This document shows positions 1 through 9,324 of a stretch of DNA of 64,000 nt, piece by piece. The DNA comes from an uncultured Candidatus Binatia bacterium (GTDB taxonomy: Bacteria; Desulfobacterota; Binatia; UBA9968; JAJDTQ01): contig OZ251459.1 of NCBI GenBank assembly GCA_965242525.1, positions 3,776,001-3,840,000 of the forward strand. Reading direction: 5' to 3'. The translations under genes and the position numbers were made by a program. Below the pieces are notes generated by a model, which saw nothing but the letters and a program-made list of their open reading frames with translations, did no database searches and was not told where the DNA came from. Positions within the stretch are counted from its first letter, which is position 1; the number at the start of each line of letters is the position of its first letter.

Positions 1-3
1 GGG

Positions 4-1905
4 TCAGATGAACTCGGGATGGACCTCGATGTTCGCGTTGGCCTTCAGGTGCTCGATCAACTGCCGGAAGGCGCGTTGGCGCTTCTCATCGCGCAAGCGC
101 CGCGTCAGCTCTTCCTTCTCCCCGGCCAGGCCCGCGGGGTCGGCCTCCACCGTCTTCCTCAGCACCATGACGTACACGGAATCGCCCTGGACGTAGGCGG
201 TCTCGGCCACCGGTTTCTCCCCGGACAGGGTGAGCCCGCCGAGGGGCAGGGGAAGGAAACCGATCTCGGGTATCTCCGCCTGCTTGCGCGGGAACAGGCC
301 GGTGTCCTCCACGGTGAGGCCGTGGCCGGCCGCAACCTTGCCGAGGTCCGGCGATTCCCCGAGCTCCGCCAGGATGGCGTCCGCCCTGGACCGCGCCAGG
401 TCCCGCGCCTTCCTCCGGGTCAGCATCTCCTCCACCTTGTCCCGGACCTCTTCCAGGGGCGGGACCGCGGGCTCCACCCGCTCGGACACCTGCATGATGT
501 ACAGGGCGTCGGAAGCGGACACGATGGGGCCCACCCGGTCCGGTTTCAGGGAAAGGGCCGTGCGGTAGAACTCGTCCACGCCGCCGATCTCGTCCAGTCT
601 TTCGCCCGGGCTGAACAGCCGCGTCTCCGAGGTCCCGAGCCCCCGCTGCGAGGCCACTTCCGCCAACGGCGCCCCGTCCAGGACCCGTTCCCGGTCTTCC
701 TCCGCGGCGCGGGCGGCCCTGGCCCCGCCGCGCTCGCGCCTGAGGGCCTCGACGATCTCTTCGCGCACTTCCGCAAGCTCGACGGTCCCTTCCTCCTGCT
801 TCTCCACCGCCTTCAGCAGATGCAGACCGAGGGCGCTTTCCACCACTTCGCTGACCTCGCCCTCCGCCAGCGCGAACAGCGCCGTGTCCAGGGCCGGCGC
901 CAGTTGGCCCCGGCCCACGAAGCCCATGTCGCCCCCCTGGGCCGCGCTCTCGTCCCGGGAGTGCTGCCTGGCGAGCTCGGCGAAGTCGGCGCCCTCCTCG
1001 GCCTGTTTCCGGACGTCTTCGAGTTCCTTTCGCGCCTCTTCCCCGGCTTCCGGCGACGACTCTTGCGCCGGCGCGGGGATGAAGACCTGGCTGAACTTCA
1101 CCCTCTCCGGCCTGCGGAACCGGCGGTCGCGATAGACGTCGTAGTATGCCTGGACGTCCTCGTCGGTGACTTGGACATCCGCGGCGAAATGTTCCACCGA
1201 GTACGCCACGTAAGTGGCCTTGACCTTGAGGGGCTCCCGCAGCAGCCGCCCGTTCCGGTCGTAGTACTCCCGGATCTCCTCCTCATCGAGGGTCACCTCC
1301 CGGAGGAAGTCGTCGGTCTCCAGGCGAACGAAGTCCAGCGCGATCTCCTCGTTGTCCAGCCGGTAGCGCTCTTCCACCTCGGATGCCGTGACCGGCACCG
1401 AGTGTTGCACCAGGTCCCGGAGCTTTTGGATCACCAGCGCTTCGCGCTGCCGGGTCTCGAACTCGCCCGGAGTGAGCCCCTGTGCGCGCAACGCCCGTTG
1501 GTAAACTTCCTTGTCGAAACCGCCGCCGGCACGGAAGGCCGGGTTGCCCGCGATTCCGTCCGCCAGCTCCTCGTCGGTGACCCGCAAACCGAGTCCTCGG
1601 GCCGCCTGCAGCAACAGCCGCTGGTCGATGAGCTCGCCCAGCAACTGGCCCCTGAGGTTGAGGGCCTCGATGTCCGCGGGGGAGATCTGCCCTCCGGCCA
1701 ACTGCCGATAGGTTTGCAGCATCCGGTAGTAGTCGCGCTCCAGCTCCGTATAGGTGATCTTCTCCCCGTTCACCTGGGCGATGGTGACCACCTGGTCCTG
1801 TCCCCCCTGGGGACCCACGCCGACCATGACGAAGGCGAGCACGCCGACCCCGAGCAGGAGCAGCACCAGCCACGACCGTTTCCTCTTCCGCAGCACGTCC
1901 AGCAT
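4..1905 (-). CDS. ppiD: PpiD/SurA-family periplasmic chaperone / parvulin-type peptidyl-prolyl isomerase
   Basis: N-terminal TM anchor, SurA-N region (VNGEKIT...LIDQRLLLQAA), rotamase motif FAELARQHSRDESAAQGGDMG; ATG at 1905 with GAGGAG RBS. Confidence 0.88.
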   Translation of the reverse strand: MLDVLRKRKRSWLVLLLLGVGVLAFVMVGVGPQGGQDQVVTIAQVNGEKITYTELERDYYRMLQTYRQLAGGQISPADIEALNLRGQLLGELIDQRLLLQAARGLGLRVTDEELADGIAGNPAFRAGGGFDKEVYQRALRAQGLTPGEFETRQREALVIQKLRDLVQHSVPVTASEVEERYRLDNEEIALDFVRLETDDFLREVTLDEEEIREYYDRNGRLLREPLKVKATYVAYSVEHFAADVQVTDEDVQAYYDVYRDRRFRRPERVKFSQVFIPAPAQESSPEAGEEARKELEDVRKQAEEGADFAELARQHSRDESAAQGGDMGFVGRGQLAPALDTALFALAEGEVSEVVESALGLHLLKAVEKQEEGTVELAEVREEIVEALRRERGGARAARAAEEDRERVLDGAPLAEVASQRGLGTSETRLFSPGERLDEIGGVDEFYRTALSLKPDRVGPIVSASDALYIMQVSERVEPAVPPLEEVRDKVEEMLTRRKARDLARSRADAILAELGESPDLGKVAAGHGLTVEDTGLFPRKQAEIPEIGFLPLPLGGLTLSGEKPVAETAYVQGDSVYVMVLRKTVEADPAGLAGEKEELTRRLRDEKRQRAFRQLIEHLKANANIEVHPEFI

Positions 1906-2153
1906 GTCGAAAGACTCCTCCCGGCAGGGTGATCCACACGTTCGCATAGGCTCCGGCGGCCCCTTGCCGGGACGAGGGCGCGGGACCGCCGGCGGCGCGA
2001 ACCAGAGCCATTATAGGCGTCCGCCGCGGCCATGTGAAGGGGAGTCCTGCCGGGCCTCGGCGAACGCCGCTTTGCGGTGGGTTGGTGTTTGTGCCGCAAA
2101 TCGGTATCTGGTATCCTTGTCGGGTTCCACGTTTCGGTTGCGAGAGGGGTTGC

Positions 2154-3191
2154 ATGAGTTTTCTCAACAGGTTCTATGGTCTCGTCTCCAACGATCTGGC
2201 CATCGATCTGGGCACTGCGAACACCCTGATCTACGTCAAGAACGAGGGTGTGGTCTGCAACGAGCCCTCGGTAGTGGCGATACAGAAGAACGGACGCGGG
2301 GACAAGAAGGTCCTCTCCGTCGGCGCCGCCGCCAAGAGGATGCTCGGCCGCACGCCCGCGAGCATCATCGCCATTCGTCCGTTGCGGGACGGCGTGATCG
2401 CCGACTTCGAGACCACCGAGGCGATGCTCGAATACTTCATCAAGCAGGTCCACCGACGCCGCCCCCTGGTGCGCCCCCGGGTCATCGTCGGCGTTCCCTT
2501 CGGCATCACCGAGGTCGAGAAGCGGGCCGTCCGGGAATCCGCGGAGTCCGCGGGGGCCCGGGAGGTCTATCTCATCGAGCAGCCCATGGCCGCGGCCATC
2601 GGCTCGGGACTGCCCGTCACCGAGCCCTCCGGCAACATGATCGTGGACATCGGCGGGGGGACCACCGAGGTCGCGGTCATCTCCCTGGCGGGCATCGTCT
2701 TCTCCAAGTCCATCCGGGTGGGGGGCGACCGGCAGGACGAAGCCATCGCCCAGTTCATCAAGCGGCGCCACAACCTGATGATCGGGGAGCGGACCGCGGA
2801 GCTCATCAAGATCACCATCGGCTCGGCCTACCCCGGCGAGGAAGTCCGGACCATGGAGATCAAGGGTCGGGACATCGTGGCGGGCATACCCAAGACCGTC
2901 TTGATCTCCGACGACGAGATACGCGATTGCCTGCTGGACCCCGTGAACCAGATCATGGACGCCATTCGCGTCTCCCTGGAGCACACCCCTCCGGAGCTTG
3001 CGTCGGACATCGTCGATCGGGGCGTAGTGCTGGCCGGCGGCGGATCGTTGCTCAGGAACCTCGATTCGCTGATCAGCGAAGAGACCGGGCTCCCGGTGAC
3101 CCGGGCCACCGATCCCCTGACATCGGTGGTGATGGGAGCGGGCATGGCCCTGGACGAGATCGACCTGCTCAAGGACGTGGCGCTCAACTGA
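2154..3191 (+). CDS. mreB: Rod shape-determining actin MreB
   Basis: [27 protein letters not shown] and LAGGGSLL actin-fold motifs; first gene of the mre operon. Confidence 0.97.
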   Translation: MSFLNRFYGLVSNDLAIDLGTANTLIYVKNEGVVCNEPSVVAIQKNGRGDKKVLSVGAAAKRMLGRTPASIIAIRPLRDGVIADFETTEAMLEYFIKQVHRRRPLVRPRVIVGVPFGITEVEKRAVRESAESAGAREVYLIEQPMAAAIGSGLPVTEPSGNMIVDIGGGTTEVAVISLAGIVFSKSIRVGGDRQDEAIAQFIKRRHNLMIGERTAELIKITIGSAYPGEEVRTMEIKGRDIVAGIPKTVLISDDEIRDCLLDPVNQIMDAIRVSLEHTPPELASDIVDRGVVLAGGGSLLRNLDSLISEETGLPVTRATDPLTSVVMGAGMALDEIDLLKDVALN

Positions 3192-3207
3192 AAGGACGAA
3201 AGACAAC

Positions 3208-4194
3208 GTGCCGGAAGCCAGGGAAGGGAGAACTGCGGACCCGCCCCGGTCGTCGCAATACCCCGCCGACTACCACGAGCCGGACACCCGTTCGAGCAAG
3301 GCCGGCTTCCTGGCGGTATCGGCGCTGCGCCGGTACCGCATCCCCATCCACTGCCTGCTGACGCTGGCCCTGGCGTTCTACGTGGTCACCGTCTCGTCCA
3401 CCGCTCCGGGGGAACGGGACCCGGTGGTCCGGCTCCTGTCGTATTCCGTCAGGCCGCTCCAGAAAGCCCTCCACTCGGTGGGCGCCACCGTGCGCAGCCT
3501 GCAGGTCAACTACCTTGCCTTCAAGGACCTCTGGAACGAGAACCGGAGCCTGAAGAAACAGCTTGCCGCCCTGGCGGCCGAGCGCAACCGGCTCTTCGAG
3601 GCCAAGCTCGCCAACGACCGCCTGATGGACCTGCTGGAGATCAAGACCCGCATATTGCGGGAATCCGTGGCGGCCACGGTCACCGGCAACAGCGCCAGTA
3701 GTTGGTTCCGCACCATCACCGCGGACAAGGGCTTGGCGGACGGCATCCATCCGGGCATGGCGGTCATCACCCCGAGGGGGGTGGTGGGCAAGGTCGTGTC
3801 CGTGGACCGCGACACCGCCAAGGTGATGCTGTTGACGAACCACAAGAGCGGTCTCGACGTCATCACCCAGCGGACCCGGGTCCGCGGCATCGTCTCCGGG
3901 TCGGTGAGCGGGGAAGCCGTGGTCAAGTACATGGGCCGGAACGGAGACGTCCGTCCCGGCGACCGGCTCATTACCTCCGGGCTGGACGGGACCTTCCCCA
4001 AGGGACTCCTGGTGGGAACCGTCGCGGACGTGGGAGACAACGCCACCGGGCTCTTCCAGCGGGTGCGCATCTCGCTGGCGGTGGACCCGCTGGTGATGGA
4101 GGAGGTGCTGTTCATCTCCGACAAACCCAGGCCCGTGGTCTCCTCCACCCTGGACGACGAGGGGGAACGGGCCTCGCCTTCGGCTACCCCATGA
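3208..4194 (+). CDS. mreC: Rod shape-determining protein MreC
   Basis: TM + coiled coil, DKGLADGI and LITSGLDGTFPKGLLVGTV motifs; follows mreB; start uncertain. Confidence 0.93.
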   Translation: MPEAREGRTADPPRSSQYPADYHEPDTRSSKAGFLAVSALRRYRIPIHCLLTLALAFYVVTVSSTAPGERDPVVRLLSYSVRPLQKALHSVGATVRSLQVNYLAFKDLWNENRSLKKQLAALAAERNRLFEAKLANDRLMDLLEIKTRILRESVAATVTGNSASSWFRTITADKGLADGIHPGMAVITPRGVVGKVVSVDRDTAKVMLLTNHKSGLDVITQRTRVRGIVSGSVSGEAVVKYMGRNGDVRPGDRLITSGLDGTFPKGLLVGTVADVGDNATGLFQRVRISLAVDPLVMEEVLFISDKPRPVVSSTLDDEGERASPSATP

Positions 4195-4712
4195 AGGTGT
4201 CCCTGGTCTTCTTCGGCATCGGTCTGGTCTTCGTCCTCCTGCAGTCCACGACCCTGCATCTGGTCACCGGGACGCCGATCATCCCCGACCTCACCCTGAC
4301 CCTCTGCGTCTATTGGGCCATGAACCGGCCGCGGGCGGAAGCCGTGTGGGCCACGTTCCTGCTGGGATATACCGTCGACGTCCTGTCCAGCCCGGAACCC
4401 GGAGTGAACGCGTTCGCCTTCGCAGCGGTGTTCCTGGCGGCCTACCTGGTCTTCCGCTACATCTGGGCCACCGGGCCGGTGGCCGGCGTGGTGACCGTGT
4501 TCGCGGCCATATGGCTGAAGACGGGCGTGCTGCTGTTCGTTTCCCCGCTGTTCGAGCTGTCCGCGGACGCCTGGGCGGTGGTGGCCGGCGCGGTGCTGCA
4601 GGAGGCCCTCATCTCCGCGGCCCTGGCCCCGCCGCTGTTCCTGATGCTCCGCTCCATCCAGGTCCGCATGGAAACCGTGCGGAAGTCGCCTTCCCTCGAT
4701 GCCGCCTCGTAG
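4191..4712 (+). CDS. mreD: Rod shape-determining membrane protein MreD
   Basis: Hydrophobic ~173 aa with IIPDL motif; ATGA overlap with mreC; synteny. Confidence 0.88.
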   Translation: MKVSLVFFGIGLVFVLLQSTTLHLVTGTPIIPDLTLTLCVYWAMNRPRAEAVWATFLLGYTVDVLSSPEPGVNAFAFAAVFLAAYLVFRYIWATGPVAGVVTVFAAIWLKTGVLLFVSPLFELSADAWAVVAGAVLQEALISAALAPPLFLMLRSIQVRMETVRKSPSLDAAS

Positions 4713-6582
4713 GCCCAACGCCAGATCCCTGTCCGAGTTCCAACGACGAACACGCATCTTTGCGCTATTCGTCGTGCTGGCCTTCGTCTTCCTCACGCAC
4801 CGCCTCTGGGTGCTCCAGGTGCTGCAGGGCAACCACTACACCACCATGTCCGAGCACAACCGGATCCGGCTGGAACGCATCCCCGCGATCCGCGGCATGG
4901 TGTTCGACCGAAGCAACCGGCTGCTGATCAACAGCCGCCCGTCCTTCGACATACGGTACCTGCCCGACGAAACGGAGGAGCCGGAAGCCACCCTGCGGCG
5001 CCTCGCCGACATGGTGGACGGCGACGCGCAGAGCTTCCTGGCCGCGGCCGGCCGCGCCAGGGACTCCGAAGGCGTCACCCTGCTTCGTGACGTGGACTGG
5101 CCGTCGGTGGTGGCGGTGGAGACGCGCCGGCTGGACCTTCCGGGCGTGTCCGTGAGCGTCCGGGCCCGGCGCAGCTACCTGACCCGCGAGATGACGGCCC
5201 ACCTGCTCGGTTACCTGGGAGAGGTCAACGCCGGGCAGTTGCAGCAACTCCGCAAACGGGGCTACCGGCGCGGGGACGAGATCGGACAGTCCGGCCTCGA
5301 GAAGAGGTGGGAATGGCAGCTCGCCGGGCGCAGCGGGGTCGAAAAGGTGGAGGTGAACGCAACCGGCCAAAAGGTGCGCATGATCGACCGGCTCAAGGCC
5401 ACTCCGGGCCACAACATCGAGTTGACCCTCGACATGGAGGTCCAGCAGGTGGCCTATGATGCCTTGAAGGACAGGGAGGGCGCCATCGTCGTCCTGGAGA
5501 CGGACACCGGCGCGGTGGTGGCGATGGTGAGTTCTCCCGCGTTCGACCCCAACTCGTTCGCCCGGGGGTTGACTTCCGGGGAATGGCGTCAACTGATGGA
5601 CGACCGGGAGACCCCGCTGCACAACCGGGCGTTGCAGGGACAGTTTCCGCCGGGCTCGACCTTCAAGATCGTGACCGCGTTGGCCGCCCTGGAGGAAGGC
5701 GTCATCTCCACCGACCGGCGGCTGTTCTGCGGCGGCTCCTACGAGGTGGGAGACCGCGTCCTCCGGTGCTGGAACAAGTACGGACACGGCCACGTGGACA
5801 TGCACCAGGCCCTGGTGCAGTCCTGCGACGTTTACTTCTACCGGTTGGCCCAGCGGCTCGGCGTGGACAAGATCGCCCGGTACGCGCGCGGTTTCGGCTT
5901 CGGCGCGCCCACCGGCATCGAGCTCGACGGAGAAAGCCCCGGACTGGTCCCCGACCGGGCGTGGAAGAGGCGTCGTTTCGGCACCCCCTGGTACCCCGGC
6001 GAGACCCCGCTGGTGGCCATCGGGCAGGGTTTCCTCGGGGTCACCCCCCTGCAGATGGCGAGCCTGACCGCCACCGTGGCCAACGGCGGGACCGTGTATC
6101 GGCCGTGGTTCGTGCGCCGGGTGCTGTCGCCGGAAGGCCAGGTCATGGAAGAGTACGGCCCGGTGCGGAAGGCCACCCTGGAGATGAAGGACGAGAGCCT
6201 TGCGCTGGTGCGCCGGGCGCTCTTCGACGTGGTCCACCACCAGCGGGGCACGGGCAAGAGGGCGCGCTCGGAAGCTGTGGAGGTGGCCGGCAAGACCGGG
6301 ACCGCACAGGTGGTCCAGATGGTGGGGGAAGTGGTCAAGAGCGAGGACCTGCCCTACGAGGTCCGGGACCACGCGTGGTTCGTGGCCTACGCTCCGGCCA
6401 AGGACCCCAGGATCGCCGTCGTCGCCCTGGTGGAGCACGGCGGGCACGGCGGAGCCGCCGCGGCGCCCATCGCCAAGGAGGTCATCGAAGCCTATTTCCA
6501 CGTCGAAAGCGACGAAGAGGCGGATGGCGACATGGTCGTCCTGGCCGACGATACGAGCCTCCGGACCGCCCATGCAGATTGA
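4699..6582 (+). CDS. mrdA: Penicillin-binding protein 2
   Basis: PGSTFK (SxxK), SCD (SxN/D) and KTGT motifs; position in the mre operon. Confidence 0.95.
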   Translation: MPPRRPNARSLSEFQRRTRIFALFVVLAFVFLTHRLWVLQVLQGNHYTTMSEHNRIRLERIPAIRGMVFDRSNRLLINSRPSFDIRYLPDETEEPEATLRRLADMVDGDAQSFLAAAGRARDSEGVTLLRDVDWPSVVAVETRRLDLPGVSVSVRARRSYLTREMTAHLLGYLGEVNAGQLQQLRKRGYRRGDEIGQSGLEKRWEWQLAGRSGVEKVEVNATGQKVRMIDRLKATPGHNIELTLDMEVQQVAYDALKDREGAIVVLETDTGAVVAMVSSPAFDPNSFARGLTSGEWRQLMDDRETPLHNRALQGQFPPGSTFKIVTALAALEEGVISTDRRLFCGGSYEVGDRVLRCWNKYGHGHVDMHQALVQSCDVYFYRLAQRLGVDKIARYARGFGFGAPTGIELDGESPGLVPDRAWKRRRFGTPWYPGETPLVAIGQGFLGVTPLQMASLTATVANGGTVYRPWFVRRVLSPEGQVMEEYGPVRKATLEMKDESLALVRRALFDVVHHQRGTGKRARSEAVEVAGKTGTAQVVQMVGEVVKSEDLPYEVRDHAWFVAYAPAKDPRIAVVALVEHGGHGGAAAAPIAKEVIEAYFHVESDEEADGDMVVLADDTSLRTAHAD

Positions 6583-7669
6583 CCGCCGACTCATCGCCAG
6601 CTTCGACTGGCCCCTGTTCCTCCTGTCCGTGGCGCTGGCCGTGGTGGGGATCCTGACCATCTACAGCGCCAACTGCAACGCCAACGACGAATGCTCTCGT
6701 TACCTGGCCACCCGCCAGTCCTACTGGCTGGTCATCGGCGTGGCGTCCATGGCCGCGGCGTTCTCGGTGGATTACCAGCGGTTGGACCGTTGGACCTACC
6801 CCCTCTACGCCGCGGTCCTCGTCTTCCTCGCCCTGGTGCTCGCGGTCGGCACCACCAGCGGGGGAGCCCAGAGGTGGCTCGACCTGAAGGTCTTCCTGTT
6901 CCAGCCCTCGGAGTTCGCCAAGGTCGCGCTCGTGCTGCTGCTGGCCAAGACCCTGCGCCACTACGAGCCCGGCTATCCCCTGATGGACCTGTGGGCCCCT
7001 CTCCTGCTCTGTGCGCCGGTGCTCGCCCTGGTGCTGCTGCAGCCGGACCTGGGCACCGCGGTGCTGATCCTGCTCATCGCCGTGACCGTGGTCGTCATGT
7101 CCGGACTGCGCGGGCGGTCGTTGCTGTACCTGGCCGTTGCGGCCGTCGCCGCCCTGCCCGCGGGCTGGCAGTTCCTGAAGCCCTACCAGAAGACCCGCAT
7201 CTGGACCTTCATGAACCCCGAGTCGGACCCCCTCGGGGCCGGCTACCACGTGGTCCAGTCCAAGATCGCCATCGGCTCGGGCCAGGTCTGGGGCAAGGGG
7301 TACCTGCAAGGAAGCCAGAACCGGCTGGAGTTCCTCCCCGAGCAGCATACGGACTTCGTCTTCTCCGTGTTCGCCGAGGAGTGGGGGTTCTCCGGCTGCG
7401 TGCTGCTGCTCGCCGGCTACGTGCTGCTGATCCTCCTCTCGCTCAGGGCGGTGCGGCGGGCCCAGGACCGCTTCGGGGCGCTGCTGGCCACGGGCATGGG
7501 GGCCATCCTGTTCTGGCAGTTCACCATCAACATCGGGATGGTGACCGGGCTCCTGCCCGTGGTGGGGATTCCGCTGCCGCTCCTGAGCTACGGAGGGTCG
7601 TCGCTGGTGACGACCCTGGTGGCGGTGGGCCTGCTCATCAGCGTGAGCATGAGACGCTACCCCCGTTAG
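6572..7669 (+). CDS. rodA: Rod shape-determining SEDS glycosyltransferase RodA
   Basis: GAQRWL, FQPSEFAK, LQPDLGTA, PEQHTDF and PLLSYGGSS motifs. Confidence 0.96.
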   Translation: MQIDRRLIASFDWPLFLLSVALAVVGILTIYSANCNANDECSRYLATRQSYWLVIGVASMAAAFSVDYQRLDRWTYPLYAAVLVFLALVLAVGTTSGGAQRWLDLKVFLFQPSEFAKVALVLLLAKTLRHYEPGYPLMDLWAPLLLCAPVLALVLLQPDLGTAVLILLIAVTVVVMSGLRGRSLLYLAVAAVAALPAGWQFLKPYQKTRIWTFMNPESDPLGAGYHVVQSKIAIGSGQVWGKGYLQGSQNRLEFLPEQHTDFVFSVFAEEWGFSGCVLLLAGYVLLILLSLRAVRRAQDRFGALLATGMGAILFWQFTINIGMVTGLLPVVGIPLPLLSYGGSSLVTTLVAVGLLISVSMRRYPR

Positions 7670-7738
7670 CCCGCGCCCGGACCCGGGCCAGGGAACGTCT
7701 GGACAATACCGCCCCGGGTTCCCTCTCTCCCGCCCCTT

Positions 7739-7764
7739 CGGCCATGACCGGAAGGCAGGGAGGC
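7739..7764 (+). repeat. 26-bp direct repeat, copy 1 (CGGCCATGACCGGAAGGCAGGGAGGC)
   Basis: Identical to 8772-8797. Confidence 0.85.
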
Positions 7765-7787
7765 GGCTCGGCTTGAAGGCCGTTCGG

Positions 7788-7816
7788 TTGACGGCTATTC
7801 TATCGTCAGCGACGAT
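7788..7816 (+). promoter_or_regulatory. Putative sigma70 promoter with overlapping palindromic operator for the TA module
   Basis: TTGACG-N17-GACGAT; inverted repeat ATCGTC-agc-GACGAT at 7802-7816 overlaps the -10 box. Confidence 0.4.
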
Positions 7817-7835
7817 GGACGGAGGCTGTGAAGGC

Positions 7836-8303
7836 ATGAACGCACTCGAAGAATACGCAGATCCCGTTGTCGTGCCAGCCAGCGAGCCGGTCAGACTTGC
7901 ACGGCTCATGGCGTTGACGACTTCCGAAGGGTTCGACGACGTGGCGTTGGCCCGGCGGGTGGCGGACGGACTGCCCACCTCAGTGGTGAAAGAGTTCGCC
8001 GGATTGCTCGGTCGTTCCCGAATCATCGGCCCGGTCGTTCCCGAGGCCACGTTCCGGCGGCTCGAAAGGCGCGGGAAGCCCTTGCCGCGGGAACACAGCG
8101 AACGCATCTACGAGCTGGGACGGGTGATCGATGCCGTAGGACGCGCGTTCCACGGGGACGTGGAACGCATCGACCGTTTCCTCGAGCGTCCGCATCCGTT
8201 GCTGGACGGCGCTACGCCCCTGGACATGGCCCGCTCCTGTTCGGCCGGCGCCCATGCCGTGTTGAACCTGCTGCGCCGCGCCGAAGCGGGCGTTGCAGTG
8301 TGA
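7836..8303 (+). CDS. Xre/MbcA/ParS-type antitoxin (RES-Xre TA system)
   Basis: VADGLP...VPEATFRR N-terminal part and C-terminal FLERPHPLLDGATPLD...VLNLLRRAEAG pattern; adjacent RES remnant. Confidence 0.85.
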   Translation: MNALEEYADPVVVPASEPVRLARLMALTTSEGFDDVALARRVADGLPTSVVKEFAGLLGRSRIIGPVVPEATFRRLERRGKPLPREHSERIYELGRVIDAVGRAFHGDVERIDRFLERPHPLLDGATPLDMARSCSAGAHAVLNLLRRAEAGVAV

Positions 8304-8367
8304 CGCACGCGCTCACACGCTACCGCAACAGCCTCCAAGTGATGAACACGTTATATCCGGCGTGGGT

Positions 8368-8539
8368 GTGACACCTGCTCGCACCCTCCCCGAAACCCTC
8401 ACGGCCTACCGGATCGGCGACCTCGGTGGTCGCACGAATGGAACGAAACGTCGTCATCAACGCAAACCACCCGGACTTCCCGCGCATCCGACACGGCATC
8501 GAAACCCGCGTCTGGTGGGACCAACGGCTTTTCCGTTGA
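8368..8539 (+). pseudogene. RES-domain toxin remnant with large internal deletion and frameshift
   Basis: N-terminus TLTAYRIGD joined directly to the RES C-terminus SVVARMERNVVINANHPDF...VWWDQRLF in another frame. Confidence 0.8.
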
Positions 8540-8611
8540 GCTACGAACCGATGAGGAACCCCTGAACAATCGAGACATCCGGGATGGATTCCCTCACCCT
8601 GACCATCCTGT

Positions 8612-8654
8612 CCCCGTTCGTCCTGAGCGTAGCGAAGCGAAGTCGAAGGACGCG
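8612..8654 (+). repeat. MITE/REP-like core repeat (CCCCGTTCGTCCTGAGCGTAGCGAAGCGAAGTCGAAGGACGCG)
   Basis: Near-identical copies at about 10 intergenic sites; TIR-like GGAACCCCTGAACAAT at 8555. Confidence 0.9.
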
Positions 8655-8771
8655 AGCTCGGCATCGACGTGGACGGCGTCCTCCGGGACATGAGCGCCCG
8701 CGGCGCGCAGTCCATCCTCTCGGTATTGACCCCGCGGGGTCCCCTCGTTAGGGTGGTACAGGACACAGGAC

Positions 8772-8797
8772 CGGCCATGACCGGAAGGCAGGGAGGC
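8772..8797 (+). repeat. 26-bp direct repeat, copy 2
   Basis: Identical to 7739-7764. Confidence 0.85.
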
Positions 8798-8829
8798 CGT
8801 TCAGCCGGGAACGGCCGAGGGAGATGGAA

Positions 8830-9249
8830 ATGGGCGAAATCGCGGTCAACGTCGTGTTGGAGAATACGGGAGACCGGGCATTTTTCGAGCGAGGGCACGG
8901 CCAGGAATCCGATATCCGCCGCACCAGCGTCGAAGCCATCGTCGATACGGGAGCGGTCATGACGTTCCTGCCCCAGAACGTCGTCGAGGGTCTCGGGATA
9001 CGCAACCGGGGGACCGCGACCGTGACCTATGCGGACGAGCGCAAGGAGGAACGACCCATAGCGGGTCCCGTGACCCTGCACGTCTGCAACCGCTTCATGA
9101 ACACCGATTGCGTCGTCGGGCCTCCGCTCAGCGAGCCGCTGGTTGGCCAGATCGTCCTCGAAGCGCTTGACCTGATCGCGGATTGCACGAACCGCACCCT
9201 GACCCCGCGCCCCGAGTCGCCGGACTACCCTCTGATCAAGGTGAAATGA
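8830..9249 (+). CDS. Clan AA (retropepsin-like) aspartic protease
   Basis: AIVDTGA catalytic motif, YADER, PLVGQIVLEALDL; alternative start at 8824. Confidence 0.85.
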   Translation: MGEIAVNVVLENTGDRAFFERGHGQESDIRRTSVEAIVDTGAVMTFLPQNVVEGLGIRNRGTATVTYADERKEERPIAGPVTLHVCNRFMNTDCVVGPPLSEPLVGQIVLEALDLIADCTNRTLTPRPESPDYPLIKVK

Positions 9250-9324
9250 TTCCAGTTCGGCCACTGAATAGTAGAGACGAGAATCTCAAATTAAGCAAAC
9301 AACTTCACTTTAACGAGGTCATTG

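Noticed and set aside
19-1932. Long antisense ORFs here and throughout (e.g. 18511-21234, 41257-42678 extension, 52971-55700)
   Set aside because: Typical stop-poor shadow frames of high-GC genes; no recognisable motifs
8655-8770. Short coding-like stretch (ELGIDVDGVLRDMSARG...) after the MITE core
   Set aside because: Possibly a gene fragment, but too short to assign and has no start or RBS
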